Shown piece after piece: positions 1 through 11,666 of a stretch of DNA of 64,000 nucleotides. The DNA comes from Macrostomum lignano. Lineage: Eukaryota. The stretch lies in assembly GCA_002269645.1 (NCBI GenBank), contig NIVC01000373.1, positions 62,001 through 126,000 of the forward strand, written 5' to 3'. Position 1 is the first letter of the stretch, and every line of letters starts with the position of its first letter. The position numbers and the translations under genes were made by a program. The notes beneath the pieces were generated by a model. That model had not been told where the DNA came from and did no database searches. It was given only the letters and a program-made list of their open reading frames with translations.

Positions 1-410
1 TTCAAAATGCCAAGATTATCAGTAAGGGGGCAAAAGATACTAGAATTTTCTGGCATATAGGCCACCTTCTAGACTATTGGGAAGTTAACTAAAAATTAAC
101 AGATAGTTATAAGTAAATCTTAATCTATTAAAGTTAACACAGAAATTATAGAAATCTTGCACTTTTTTTCAAAATAGACATCCACAATGCACTGTCTTTG
201 CTTTTCCACCTTTTTAGCAAAATACAGAGGTCATCTAACCAATTTACAAGCTAAAAAGTATTAAATAATATATTTTAAAAACTTGTATGTATAATACTAC
301 TAAAAGTAAGCATATAGTAAAAGAAGTAACTTTTTTATTTAAAACTTGAAAGCTAATTAGTTATTAATAAAATACAAATACAAAGGTTGTTCACTAGCAT
401 TACTCGGCAC

Positions 411-1265
411 TAGTGTTCTGCCGCCGCGAGTTTTGACCTCCGTAACCGTAACCGTAGCCATAAGAAAGAAGCAACTTCCATAGCCGAATTTTGCCGTCAT
501 TACGGGCTAAAAAAGTCCGTAACCGTAATTTGCCGTAACCGTAGCCGTAATGTATAACAAAAATTGATATTTTTGCATGAAAAGTGAGGCAGACAGAAAA
601 GGACAGATAAAAAGGATAAAAGGATAGCAATAAAACGTACTTGTTGTTCGTTCATGCATTAATATTAATTTATTTTTTTCGTAAATATAATTTCTTTATC
701 TAAGTATTCTATAGCATTGTTGTATGCAATTGTGTGCTTGGTGCCTTTTTCAGTTTTCTGTGTTGTGATTCTGTTTTGTTTCGCTACAATATGCTAAGGA
801 GCTAAATGCTACATATGGCTAAGAAATAAGAATGGCAGATTCTTAGTCTCTTGCAGGCTTTGACTGGCTCTCTCTGTCTCGCTGCTATCATGCTATCGCT
901 ATGCTATGCTATGCCGTATGCCTAATGAGAAAATTTGTGAAAAAATTCATTTTTCGTTTTCAAAAAGTTTCGTAGATATTTAGAAACTTAACAAATGTAA
1001 AAAATAATAATAACTAGTAAAACAAAATGAAAACTGGTTAAAGTTGATATAAAAAAATTTTCTTTTATAACACTAAACAGTTAAAAATAAATAATTTTTG
1101 TTACGGCTACCAATTACGGCAAGTCTAGAAAAATCTCCGTAATCCGTAACTGTAACCGTAAGCTCAAAATATGTCCGTAACCGTAATCCATAATGAAAAT
1201 ATGGCTTCAAAAGTGTCGTAGCCGTAATTTGCCGTAGCCGTAGCCGTAATTACGGCGGAACACTA
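411..1265. mobile_element. Non-autonomous hAT-like DNA transposon (855 bp)
   Basis: Left end TAGTGTTCTGCCG (411) and right end reverse complement TAGTGTTCCGCCG (ends 1265). Flanking 8-mers CTCGGCAC (403-410) and GTCGGCAC (1266-1273) match 7/8, like a TSD. Dense CCGTAA/CCGTAG subterminal hexamers at both ends; no transposase ORF. Confidence 0.7.
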
Positions 1266-2052
1266 GTCGGCACAGCAGAAAGTTACAAATAAAGATTGGG
1301 AAAGAAGTGAATCAAAGCAATCCATGCTTATGTGCAAGCAAAAGCTTCACATTTTTACAAGTATAATTCATTACTAAAGTTCATTAGTAAGAAATTGTTA
1401 CTTTGCATGACCATCATTAAAAGATTTTTTGGGCTTTCAGGTAAATTGAATTACATCTAGTTGTAGCTTCTCTTCAGACTTATATTTTTGTTATTTCTTT
1501 ATGTCTTTGGTCATTGACATTGTTATTAACATTAACGATGAATTTGTCATTAACTCACAAAATTATTAACACAAATTCATTAATCCGTTAGTTCAAAAAA
1601 CTCTTAATGGCAGTCCATTAATGTTAATGAAAAATCTTAATGCTTATTAATGTTTATTAATGGACTGGTGCCCAACACTGTTTATACATATATAACATCT
1701 ACACCTAGCCAATCTAGCTAGCTAGCAAAAGGCCTAGGTAAGGTAAGTCACAAAAATGCCTACCTGAAAAATACAGATGTATTAATAATAAGATAATGAG
1801 GCATTTAGCCTTAAAAGGCATAGTTACTTTTCTAGTTACCTAAAATTGCATTATTTTTTGCTTTAAGGTTTCTTTTACAAGTAAGTCACATTTTTGGTCT
1901 AACTCTAAAAATAAGTTACATGGCCAATGTAAATCAGAGCAAACTTGACACCTTTTTCTCTAAATGTAGACTTGTTAAAATCATTTTTGCTTTTAAATAT
2001 AATATTTGTTATAAGCTCAATTTCAAAACCCTCCTACCTTGTTCCTATTTAG

Positions 2053-3855
2053 GACAACTTTGGCATAGAATGGACAGGCTGCTACTGGATATTTGACTGG
2101 AACCTGTGGAACAAGGGCATCTGGGAATGGATTGACCCACCATGGTTGATTGCTGTGCAGGCCATGTGTGGCCTGGCTTTCATCTGCCACTGCGTTAGCC
2201 TACTGTGCTCCCTGTTCCACTTCCTCATCATTGGCACTCGCTCTGCTGAGTCTGCCATCTGCTGTGGCACGCAGGGCGTGGCCTGTGTGTTCCTCTGCAT
2301 CAGCGTCATTGTGTTTGGCGTTAAGGTGGAGGACCGCGATTGGATGCCCCGGCCTGACCACAATCACCTGTCCTGGTCCTATGCCTTCGCTGTGCTGTCC
2401 TGCTTCTTCAGCGCCATCTCCTGCGTGTTCCTCTACATGGTGTACAAGAATGACAAGGAGGATGACAACAGGTGAGCGGGACTCTCGGGCCTATTGCTTT
2501 TTAGTGGTCTGCTCCATCCCAGATACTCGGTAGGCTGCTCCATCCCAGATACTCGGTAGGCTGCTCCATCCCAGATACTCGGTAGGCTGCTCCATCCCAG
2601 ATACTCGGTAGGCTGCTCCATCCCAGATACTCGGTAGGCTGCTCCATCCCAGATACTCGGTAGGCTGCTCCATCCCAGATACTCGGTAGGCTGCTCCATC
2701 CCAGATACTCGGTAGGCTGCTCCATCCCAGATACTCGGTAGGCTGCTCCATCCCAGATACTCGGTAGGCTGCTCCATCCCAGATACTCGGTAGGCTGCTC
2801 CATCCCAGATACTCGGTAGGCTGCTCCATCCCAGATACTCGGTAGGCTGCTCCATCCCAGATACTCGGTAGGCTGCTCCATCCCAGATACTCGGTAGGCT
2901 GCTCCATCCCAGATACTCGGTAGGCTGCTCCATCCCAGATACTCGGTAGGCTGCTCCATCCCAGATACTCGGTAGGCTGCTCCATCCCAGATACTCGGTA
3001 GGCTGCTCCATCCCAGATACTCGGTAGGCTGCTCCATCCCAGATACTCGGTAGGCTGCTCCATCCCAGATACTCGGTAGGCTGCTCCATCCCAGATACTC
3101 GGTAGGCTGGTCCATCCCAGATACTCGGTAGGCTGCTCCATCCCAGATACTCGGTAGGCTGCTCCATCCCAGATACTCGGTAGGCTGCTCCATCCCAGAT
3201 ACTCGGTAGGCTGCTCCATCCCAGATACTCGGTAGGCTGCTCCATCCCAGATACTCGGTAGGCTGCTCCATCCCAGATACTCGGTAGGCTGCTCCATCCC
3301 AGATACTCGGTAGGCTGCTCCATCCCAGATACTCGGTAGGCTGCTCCATCCCAGATACTCGGTAGGCTGCTCCATCCCAGATACTCGGTAGGCTGCTCCA
3401 TCCCAGATACTCGGTAGGCTGCTCCATCCCAGATACTCGGTAGGCTGCTCCATCCCAGATACTCGGTAGGCTGGTCCCAAACCAGCCTTGATGCGCAGGA
3501 AACGCACCGGACCGTCAAAAAGACATGCACAATAATTTACATTCGTAACCCATTAATAAGCCTGATACTACTGATGCAAGTAGCTGCAATCGCTCCCAAC
3601 CGCCCTGTCAATCGAATTCATAGGCAGGACGGCCAGTCCGGCTTCGCCTATCTGCAGCCGGGCGCCCAGCCGCCAGCGATGTCGGCCGCCGGCTCGGTGT
3701 ACGCGGCCGGAGCGGCCCGCGGTCAGGGCCAGCACACCATGTCCCTGCACAGCGGCTACTCGCAGGGCGCTGCCGGGGCGGCGGTGGCTACCGAAGCGGC
3801 GCTTATTGATTCGCCTGGCCGAGAGTGTCCGGTTAAGGCACTGGCCGGGTACTGA
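2053..3855 (+). CDS. Claudin/PMP22-family protein (Kune/Sinuous-like), 3' part; exons 2053-2471 and 3624-3855, 5' exons not identified
   Basis: After TTTAG| the exon reads DNFGIEWTGCYWIFD, then TM segments, then WMPRPDHNHLSWSYAFAVLS (invertebrate claudin second-loop motif). Phase-2 donor AG|GTGAG at 2472 joins acceptor CATAG|G at 3624, continuing in frame to a stop at 3855. Confidence 0.75.
2505..3480. repeat. 26-bp minisatellite (GGTAGGCTGCTCCATCCCAGATACTC), about 37 near-identical copies, in the claudin intron
   Basis: Directly visible tandem unit; it produces the 26-aa-periodic spurious ORFs on the minus strand. Confidence 0.97.
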
Positions 3856-3949
3856 CCGCCTGTGGATTCGCGTGCTTTGTTCTGGGCGTTAATGGGGCCT
3901 TTACTTGCTATATTGGAATCATTGCAAAACTGAACTTTTTGTAAACAGC

Positions 3950-4165
3950 CTCATGAGAATCACTCCCCCACAACTACTTGAGAATCACTCCTCCACCACC
4001 CCATGAGAATCACTCCCCCACAACTACTTGAGAATCACTCCTCCACCACCCCATGAGGGTCACTCCCCCCCACCCCATGAGAATCACTCCCCTACGACTA
4101 CTTGAGAATCACTCCCCTCCACCCCATGAGAATCACTCCCTCACCGCCCCATGAGAATCATTCCC
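3950..4165. repeat. Degenerate minisatellite with a GAGAATCACTCC core
   Basis: About 8 recurrences of (T)GAGAATCACTCC separated by C-rich spacers. Confidence 0.8.
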
Positions 4166-5372
4166 CATTCCTAACTCTCACAAAGCCAGTTCGTCAACTG
4201 CTTCCGGACCAATTGAAAGCGACACTGCTTCCATTACTTTACTGTTCTTTAAAGTTTTTGATCCTGTTGTAAACGGCAAGCTTTGGCTTATCAAGACCGT
4301 CAACTTGATTGAACTCGCAGTTCTGTACCAACTGCTTGGTTTTCTTAATTTCTGCTTTGTCATTATCTCCAATCCCATTTTGAGACTTGTAAGAAATATT
4401 TTCAGTGTCCGTGACTGATTTTTTCAACATCAATTTCTACCTTTTGTCACATTCCATGTGTCTACCAGTTTTTATTCGCTTTTGATAGTTCATTAATTCC
4501 CTTCTAAATGTACTTTTAACATTTTCAAGTTATTCAACACCAACGAAATTTTATTCGAATGCTCTTCCATTTCTACTTATTTTAAGTAGCTAGCTGCGCG
4601 CATTGCTCTACATTTTTGCACAGTCCAAATATTTATCCAAAATTTCGTGACCGCAGGAACCGTTTTGCGTGCCAGGCCACCTTGAAAATGAACAGCAGAT
4701 ACGGAAATGCACTTTGATGCGAATTCTATCATCGCAAATATATTTATCAATGCTGTGGCTATTTAACTTTAATAACTCAGACCAACCAACCGCACTAAAA
4801 TAGATAGCGAAAAATTCCAGCGGCAATTTTGTATTTCTCGTGTTTTTTGGATCTCTTGATCTGGGTTGTATCGATTTTCCTAATTGCATTCTGCTGCGGC
4901 TCAGCCAGGCTGCAGCAATGTAGCAGAGGCTTCTCTGCATTGATCAGCTGCTGCGAGTCCCGCACTTCCTCCACTTCAGTCCGGAAGCCGAGTCGGTCTC
5001 TGCCGGCTTCCACCGGCTCCACCCCGCTTCCCGGCCCCTTTGTCCCGCTGCCGGGTCCTTTCCCGCAGCTGCTGCTGTGGCGGGCGGGAAAGGAATGAGT
5101 TCCACTGCCTGGCGCGGTAAGCCCGCGGGCGTCAATTAATTCTGGGGCGGGCGGGCGGCACGGGCGCAGGGCTTCTGTACCGCGCCGGGGCAAACTTTGC
5201 CTGTCAGTTGGATCGACAGGTCTGGCGTCCCTTGGGATTGGCGGAGGCGGTTGGGAGTGAGACCGGTGCAGGACTAACAAGCAAATCAGGAAATCCCCGG
5301 GCGGGAGGCACTGCCAACTGAGGGTATTTCAGGCATTAGCTGAGACCGCAACGGCCCGCGCTCAGCCTTGCC

Positions 5373-7184
5373 ATGCAGATCCCGCTGGAGGAGCCGCCTG
5401 TGTGGGTGCTGCGGGAGGAGTCGGCAGCGGCCCACGCATCCCCGAGGCCGTCCCGCGCCCCAGCCGCGCCAGCCTCCGTCGTTGGTGGCGCCAAGTACCG
5501 CCAGCTGGCGCTGTCCCGCCATCGCAGGCGGACGGTGGCGAAGTTCCTGGACACCGCGGCAATCCACGGCCTGTGGCACGTGGGCTCAACGCCCTGCGGC
5601 CTCGCCTGGGCGGCGGTCCTGGCCGTGATGCTGAGCTGCCTGGGCCTGCACGTGTTCCAGCAAGTGTCTGAGTACTACAAGTTCCCACTGCAGTCCTCAA
5701 CGCGGGAGATCCTCAACGACTTCAGATTCCCCAGCGTGACCGTGTGCGAGGCCTGGCAGATGCGCTTCTTCAGCGCGGGCTACCCCGACGCGCTGAAGCG
5801 AATCCCGGACCTCAGCAGCTTCCTGACGCTCTCGCACGGCGTCTTCGAGCTGCCCAAGTCGGTGCCGGGGCTGCACTTTCTTGGAAACGCCACCGCCCTG
5901 GGGCTGTCCGTGCAGGACCTGCTGATCCAGTGCAAGTTCTGCGACTCGCTGTGCCAGCCCTCGCAGTTCTCGGCCTTTTACCACCGGCAGTACGGCAACT
6001 GCTTCACCTTCCGCCCCGAGGGCAGCCAGGAGAGGCCGCACGATGGCCTGAGCCTCATCATGTACTCGCCAGCCTCCGACCCGCACTTCCGCAACTGGAG
6101 CGACCCGGCGATGCTGGACGGCTCAACGGATACGGGTCTGGAGACGAACGGGGTGCTGGTGACGGCGCACGAGCCCGACTCGATGCCGAGGGTGAGCGAG
6201 GACTCCATCATGGCTGCCACCAGCCACGAGACGAAGATCGGGCTCCGGGAGGTGCGAACTCAGCTGCTCAACACGCCGCAAAGACCGTGCGAGGAGGCCT
6301 CGGAGTTCTCCGTTCGGGACCCGCTGGTGCCCACGGTGAGGACCTACAAGACCAGCCTGGCGGACCGGCTGGAGTGGCAGGAGGCGGCGCAGGTGCAGGC
6401 CAGGTGCGGCTGCCTCCCCACCGGCCCCGTCGGCCTGCCGACGCACCTGAGGCCGAGCCGGCACTGCGCCGACCTCTTCGACGCTCAGAGCGGCGGCTTC
6501 CGAAGATTCCAGCGGAGAATCAGCGACCTGTGCGATGGGCTGCTCAAGGCGGCGAACTTCTCAGCCTGCAGGGAGCTCGTCAGGCTCAACATGCCGGACC
6601 TGTGGAGCAACTGGGAGTCGCTGCGCTGCCACCTGAGACTGGCCGAGCAGCTGGTGCAGGAGGCTGAGCACGCAGAGGACCAGTGCTCCTCATCGAGCTA
6701 CCAGTTTCAGATCTTCACTTCCGAGCTGCCCGACTCCGCCAGCCACCAGCACGGCCGCTACGACGCCAGGCTGATCTTCCAGACCTTCTCCGGCATCCTG
6801 GACTCGTACCTGAAGCAGTTCGCCAACTCCAGCCTGCCCGATGCCCGCCTGCCCGCTGTGGTGAGGGCCGTGCGGGCCCGGCGGCTGCGGCCTGGCGACT
6901 GCACCCGCATGGACAGCAGCAGGAGGTTCGCGAACGAGTCGCACTGCCTGCAGGTGCAGGAGTTCATCTCCAGGCACTTCCTAAGGGTGCAGGTGTACCC
7001 GTTCAGCCTCAGCGTGGTGTACATCGCGGAGGAGCGCAGCTACTCCACCGTCGACCTGCTGTCGCATCTCGGCGGCATCCTCGGCCTCTGGATGGGGTCC
7101 TCCGTGATCTCGCTGGCCGAGCTGCTGGAGCTGCTGACCACCCTGTGCGCCTCCCACGCCGCCTTCCGCTTCAACTACAGCTGA
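5373..7184 (+). CDS. DEG/ENaC family amiloride-sensitive cation channel subunit, 603 aa, uninterrupted CDS
   Basis: N-terminal T-x-x-x-HG motif (DTAAIHG), TM1, FPSVTVC, YGNCFTF, Cys-rich thumb, and TM2 LGGILGLWMGSSVISLAELLE with a GxS filter; high GC3. Confidence 0.95.
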   Translation: MQIPLEEPPVWVLREESAAAHASPRPSRAPAAPASVVGGAKYRQLALSRHRRRTVAKFLDTAAIHGLWHVGSTPCGLAWAAVLAVMLSCLGLHVFQQVSEYYKFPLQSSTREILNDFRFPSVTVCEAWQMRFFSAGYPDALKRIPDLSSFLTLSHGVFELPKSVPGLHFLGNATALGLSVQDLLIQCKFCDSLCQPSQFSAFYHRQYGNCFTFRPEGSQERPHDGLSLIMYSPASDPHFRNWSDPAMLDGSTDTGLETNGVLVTAHEPDSMPRVSEDSIMAATSHETKIGLREVRTQLLNTPQRPCEEASEFSVRDPLVPTVRTYKTSLADRLEWQEAAQVQARCGCLPTGPVGLPTHLRPSRHCADLFDAQSGGFRRFQRRISDLCDGLLKAANFSACRELVRLNMPDLWSNWESLRCHLRLAEQLVQEAEHAEDQCSSSSYQFQIFTSELPDSASHQHGRYDARLIFQTFSGILDSYLKQFANSSLPDARLPAVVRAVRARRLRPGDCTRMDSSRRFANESHCLQVQEFISRHFLRVQVYPFSLSVVYIAEERSYSTVDLLSHLGGILGLWMGSSVISLAELLELLTTLCASHAAFRFNYS

Positions 7185-7427
7185 GCGAGCTGAGTGTAGG
7201 TTGACCCCACTGTACTTAGCAACACGGCATTACCCATCGGCCCAGAGCATCATTAACACCTGTACAATCAACTGTTTAACTACGAATCGCTAATAATAGT
7301 TTTACTAAGTGCTGCTAAACTGTCATCATGTTGATAACAAATAAATGAAAGTTTGACTCTGACGGACTGGTTAATTTATTTTGTCGGAATGTCAATCAAA
7401 TTAATTAGTTCAGTGCTGAGCAGCGGG

Positions 7428-9647
7428 TCAGAGCCAGTCCCGGCCCAGCTGCAGCTGAGCTCCCACCGCCTTCCTGATGGGCTCCGCATTCTCAAAGTAG
7501 AACTTGGTGCCGACGCCGTCGTACACCGCGCCAGATTTCTTCAAGTCGTGCACGGCCACAACAGGCTGGGTCCGGTCCGTGATGGGGTCCATGTTGTTCG
7601 GGTCCTTGCAGTACCTGCGCAGGAGGGGGTGCTGAGCAGTGTTGCTCCTTGCCATGTAGGCGATTTTGATGCATGTAAACCAGTTCATTGGAGATCTACA
7701 TCCAAGTTCAACGAGTGATTCGAGTTGGTCTTGCTTATTCACGAACCCGCTGCCCCAGACTGGGACACCCGAACCCGCTGCCCCAGCCTGGGACACCCGA
7801 ACCCGCTGCCCAGCCTGAGACACCCGAACCCGCTGCCCCAGACTGGGACACCCGAACCCGCTGCCCCAGCCTGGAACACCCGAACCCGCTGCCCCAGACT
7901 GGACACCCGAACCCGCTGCCCCAGACTGGGACACCCGAACCCGCTGCCCCAGCCTGGACACCCGAACCCGCTGCCCCAGACTGGGACACCCGAACCCGCT
8001 GCCCCAGACTGGGACACCCGAACCCTACACTCGGCAATAAGACCAGCAGAAGCGGAAAGTGGCAGCTGAAAAATCAGCTCACTTTTTGAGCTGCTCGGCC
8101 GAGTTCGGCCTGACACCCCGGCAGGCGTTCCGCATGGAGTCCACCCGCTGCTGCATGTAGGCGCTGCCCGAGGTGTTCAGCCGGTTGCCCTCGTACGGGT
8201 GGAAGCTGTAGGAGGGCGGCAGGTACACAGTCTCCAGTGCCGAGTTGGCCACCGGGAAGTCCCGCAAGTAGTCCTCCAGCAAGTACGAGAGCGCATACGG
8301 TCCAGCGAATGTGGACGGCTGATTCTTCACAAACGGCTTCTTCTGTAGCCTCTCCAGACTGTACCGGAAGAAGCTGTGGCCCGGCGCCGACATCATGAAG
8401 GCTGGGCTGGCGAAGGGCCTCGGCGGCCACTGGAAGCCGAAGTTCTGCAGCGAGTGCACCTCCGGCTCGCGTGTTATCACCGCGTAGAAGCGGCGGTACT
8501 CGTCCAGACTGGCCAGCAGGCTGTAGTCGAGGTCGGCGTACACTCCGCCGTACTGTAAGTAGGATATGCAGTTTTTGTTATGCTTTTGTGCTTTTCGGCA
8601 GTGACGGGCTTTTTGTTGTTTTATGCTTTGGAGAGGCTTCAATGCCAAAGCTGTTCAACACAGCCCCTCCCTTCCAAATTCTCAAAGCTGTGAGTCATTG
8701 CAGACTGTCTGTATATCAGCATATTGATCGCCACCCTGGCCCCAGACCTGCGATCTTCCAATCCCGATTAAGCGACTAACTCAAAGCTGCTCAACGTGAT
8801 CATAATATTTTTCTAATATAATCACAGTCAAACCGAGACTGTTTACATTGAATAATAATAATTGATTATACGTGCACCAAGGGCTTGAGGGGGGGGGGTT
8901 GGGGGATCACCACACACACCCTCAATCACCCCAGCTAATGCTGGCACCCATTTTACAACTGGGTAAACTGAAGCAATGCAGAGTTAAGTGTCTTGCTCAA
9001 AGACACAAATTGTTCCAGTGGGATCGGGAATCGAACCCCCCACCTTCAGAGGGGGGTCCAGTTAGCCTAGTGGTTGGAGCATCGGACTCACGACTTACCT
9101 TGAAGAGCAGCATGTACCTAATCATGTCCACCTGCATGATGGGAGAACTATCCAGCTCTAGGAACCGACGAACCGCAGCGGGGAAGTGCTTCCTAACAAA
9201 GGGCTTCAAGTCCTGATCTCTCCAGAGCACCACGGTCCAGTCGGGGTGCACCTGGCGCCAGGTGCGCAGCTGCTTAGCAAAATAAGCCGAGACATTTTCG
9301 CTCTTCCACAGCAGGTGGCGCACCGGCGGGATCGGATGCTCGCGCCTGCCTGCCTCCAGCAGGTGCCTGACGTAGGCCTCCTTGCAGGTGAGGTTCGAGC
9401 AGACCGTAGGCAGCTGCGCGTCTTTGTGAATCAGCCGGACTCCTGCAGTGCCGGGATCGGCCCAGCTCGCAGCTGACCCGCTGCCCTCCGACTTCGAGAT
9501 TCGGACTTTTGAATCCATCAGCTGAGCAACGGAAAGGAGGCGCACCGGGCCGTAGCGGGAGAACAGGTGGCTGGCGAGACTCAATGCCGCAGCCGCCGCT
9601 GCGATGAGCGAGGCGAGCTGCAGAAGGCGCTGAGCTAGAAGTCTCAT
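7428..9647 (-). CDS. GT32-like DXD glycosyltransferase (Gly_transf_sug domain), type II membrane; exons 9647-9099, 8552-8083 and about 7695-7428
   Basis: N-terminal TM anchor; WRQVHPDWTVVLWRD; the splice joins MQVDMIRYMLLFK|YGGVYADLD (DXD motif); GPYAL motif. The exon 3 acceptor is uncertain. Confidence 0.85.
7743..8025. repeat. 28-bp minisatellite (GAACCCGCTGCCCCAGACTGGGACACCC), about 10 copies, glycosyltransferase intron 2
   Basis: GAACCCGC recurs at 7743, 7771, 7799 and onward. Confidence 0.95.
8870..9095 (-). mobile_element. tRNA-derived CORE-SINE with an inverted 5' head, in glycosyltransferase intron 1
   Basis: Minus strand reads GGGTTCGATTCCC (B box, 9038-9026), then TGTGTCTTTGAGCAAGACACTTAACTCTG...CTTCAGTTTACCCAGTTGTAAAATGGG, which resembles the MIR/CORE domain. 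The A box TAGCCTAGTGG lies on the plus strand at 9063-9073. The 3' boundary is approximate. Confidence 0.7.
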
Positions 9648-10473
9648 ATTTTGCTGTTTATTAGCAAACTGCTGGCTGCGAGACCGAATAGGGCAATTTC
9701 ATTCTTCACGGCCTCAGACTGAAAACAGCTTTCTTAAACCTCTTCCTGCGACGGCGCATTCATACAGTCCCGGCAGCGCCCAGCTGTTGCCAACCAGACA
9801 GATCAGAAACAGAAACCAGGTGCACCCGATTAGCTGCAGCACGCAGCAACCGCGTGATCGGCAAACAATTTATGCGTAATAGCACTAGCTAGCCAAGTAA
9901 TCCAAATATTATATTAATCCTGATCTGGGACTTCTGGTTGGGTTTACCCAATTGCGTCTCATGCAGTGGATGAACAGGCCGACTTTGTCCTTGCAGACCA
10001 TGCAGCTTTCCAAACTCATAGAACTAGTAGTGTTCTTCACGACCCCGTCTCGTGTTAATCATTGGTAAGATCGGGAAGCCGGTACGCTCGCGTAACTATA
10101 AATTAAACGCTAAAAGGTGCTAGCTCTGACTCTGATGACAATGATTGAATGCTTCATCAGCGAGCCTGCTCATTATCGCAGCGAGTGGTTGCTGTAAAGA
10201 TGGTTCTACTCCAGTGCTAAATAAAAACAAAAAATTCTAAACTACGATCGTACGTCTGCAAGTCACCAAAAAGATATGCACCTGGATTTTTTCTTTCTCT
10301 CTGGATTCTGGATTTCCCTTCTTCCTATTAAATCAATTAAAGAGGAAGCCTAGCTATTTCTTACACTTGTTCCAGCGTATGAATAGCAATATGAATCTGG
10401 CACGCTCAAAATGTGCAGAAAGCATTTTTAACACCTTCAAACCCGCTGGCTGCTCTGCAGCCATCTGCCATCT

Positions 10474-11070
10474 GGGGCCGATTTCATAAAAAAAAACTAC
10501 AAGTGACAAGTGACAAGTCGACAAATGACAAGTGACAAGTGTCAAGCGTCAACGATTTTGGTTTCATAAACATCATGCGTTACTAGTGTTAAAAATAACT
10601 CACTTGTGTGTCTATGGTTGAACCACCTTATAAAATCGATCGAGCCTTTTGACCACAGACCAAAATTTTTGGAGTTATGTCTTGCTTTGCTTTGACGGAT
10701 TTGCTTAAAAGACGGCCTCTATGTTCTTCTCGGTCAAGCCAGAAGTCTAAAAGTGCTCAAAAGTTTAAGATAAAACATAAGAAAACGATTTGATAAAAGC
10801 TACAGTGTCACAGCGACTTGTCAAAAACACATGACAAGAGGAAGTATTTTTACACAGAAGCATCCAGCTTAGTGCATGTCTATGGACGAAACTCCCGAAG
10901 AAACGCTTGTACGAGCTAATTTGTCAAATTTCGCTTGTCACTTGTCACTTGTCGATTTGTCGATTTGTCAAGTTGTAGTTGTAATTTTTATGAAACGCAT
11001 TATTTTTTGGAATTGTCACTTGTCACTTGTAATTTGTCCGACAAGTGCTTTATGAATGCCCGCAGCCACA
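10474..11070. mobile_element. Possible non-autonomous DNA element with inverted heptamer subterminal repeats
   Basis: Tandem ACAAGTG at about 10500-10545 and inverted CACTTGT/CTTGTCA at about 10935-11040; partial terminal similarity (TTCATAAA). No convincing TSD. Confidence 0.4.
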
Positions 11071-11666
11071 GCTCTATATGGCCAGCACCATCGGCACCCC
11101 ACCCTGCCACTCACCCTGAGAAAACTCACTGTGGCTGCAGAGCAGCCATCAAAGAAACAGCACCCATTTTACACAGCTCATTAGTGAATCTATGGCTACT
11201 CTGCAGCTGGAAATTATCGACACGGATCCGTGTGGATAAAATTGGAATTATCGGCACGGGACCGTGGGGATAAGCACTTCCAAAACTAATAATGCTAAAA
11301 TATGACGTAGAAAATTCCGGCGCCAATCTAAAAATGCAAATATTTGTAATCATATTAACTGTCCTTAGATTCGAATAGATTTAAAAAATTAATTCAAATC
11401 AGGCAAGAAAAAATATTTTTGTTTAAACGAGTTTTTATCAAAACTTTGGTTTGTTTAAACGTCTCATTACTTTAGAACCTGATTCTAAAAAAGACAACTT
11501 TACAAGAATAATTTCCATGACAGACGATCCGATACGGCGATACATATAAGTTAAGGTGTCGTAAACGTTTGGCATGTTTGACTGCTTGTTTTGAATTTAT
11601 AATTGTGCCCAACAAAATCTAAATATACTAAATCCTATATACTAAATTTAAACGAAGCAAAGCAAC

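Noticed and set aside
2505-3480. CRISPR array (here and at the other tandem arrays)
   Set aside because: Units are head-to-tail with no unique spacers, there are no cas genes, and the context is eukaryotic.
2433-3530. Three 300-365-aa ORFs on the minus strand
   Set aside because: They are translations of the stop-free 26-bp array lying in the claudin intron.
4795-5280. 161-aa minus-strand ORF upstream of the ENaC
   Set aside because: No recognisable domain. The region also looks like a short 5' UTR exon of the ENaC (acceptor about 5068, donor about 5117), and its ATG could not be spliced in frame to the CDS.
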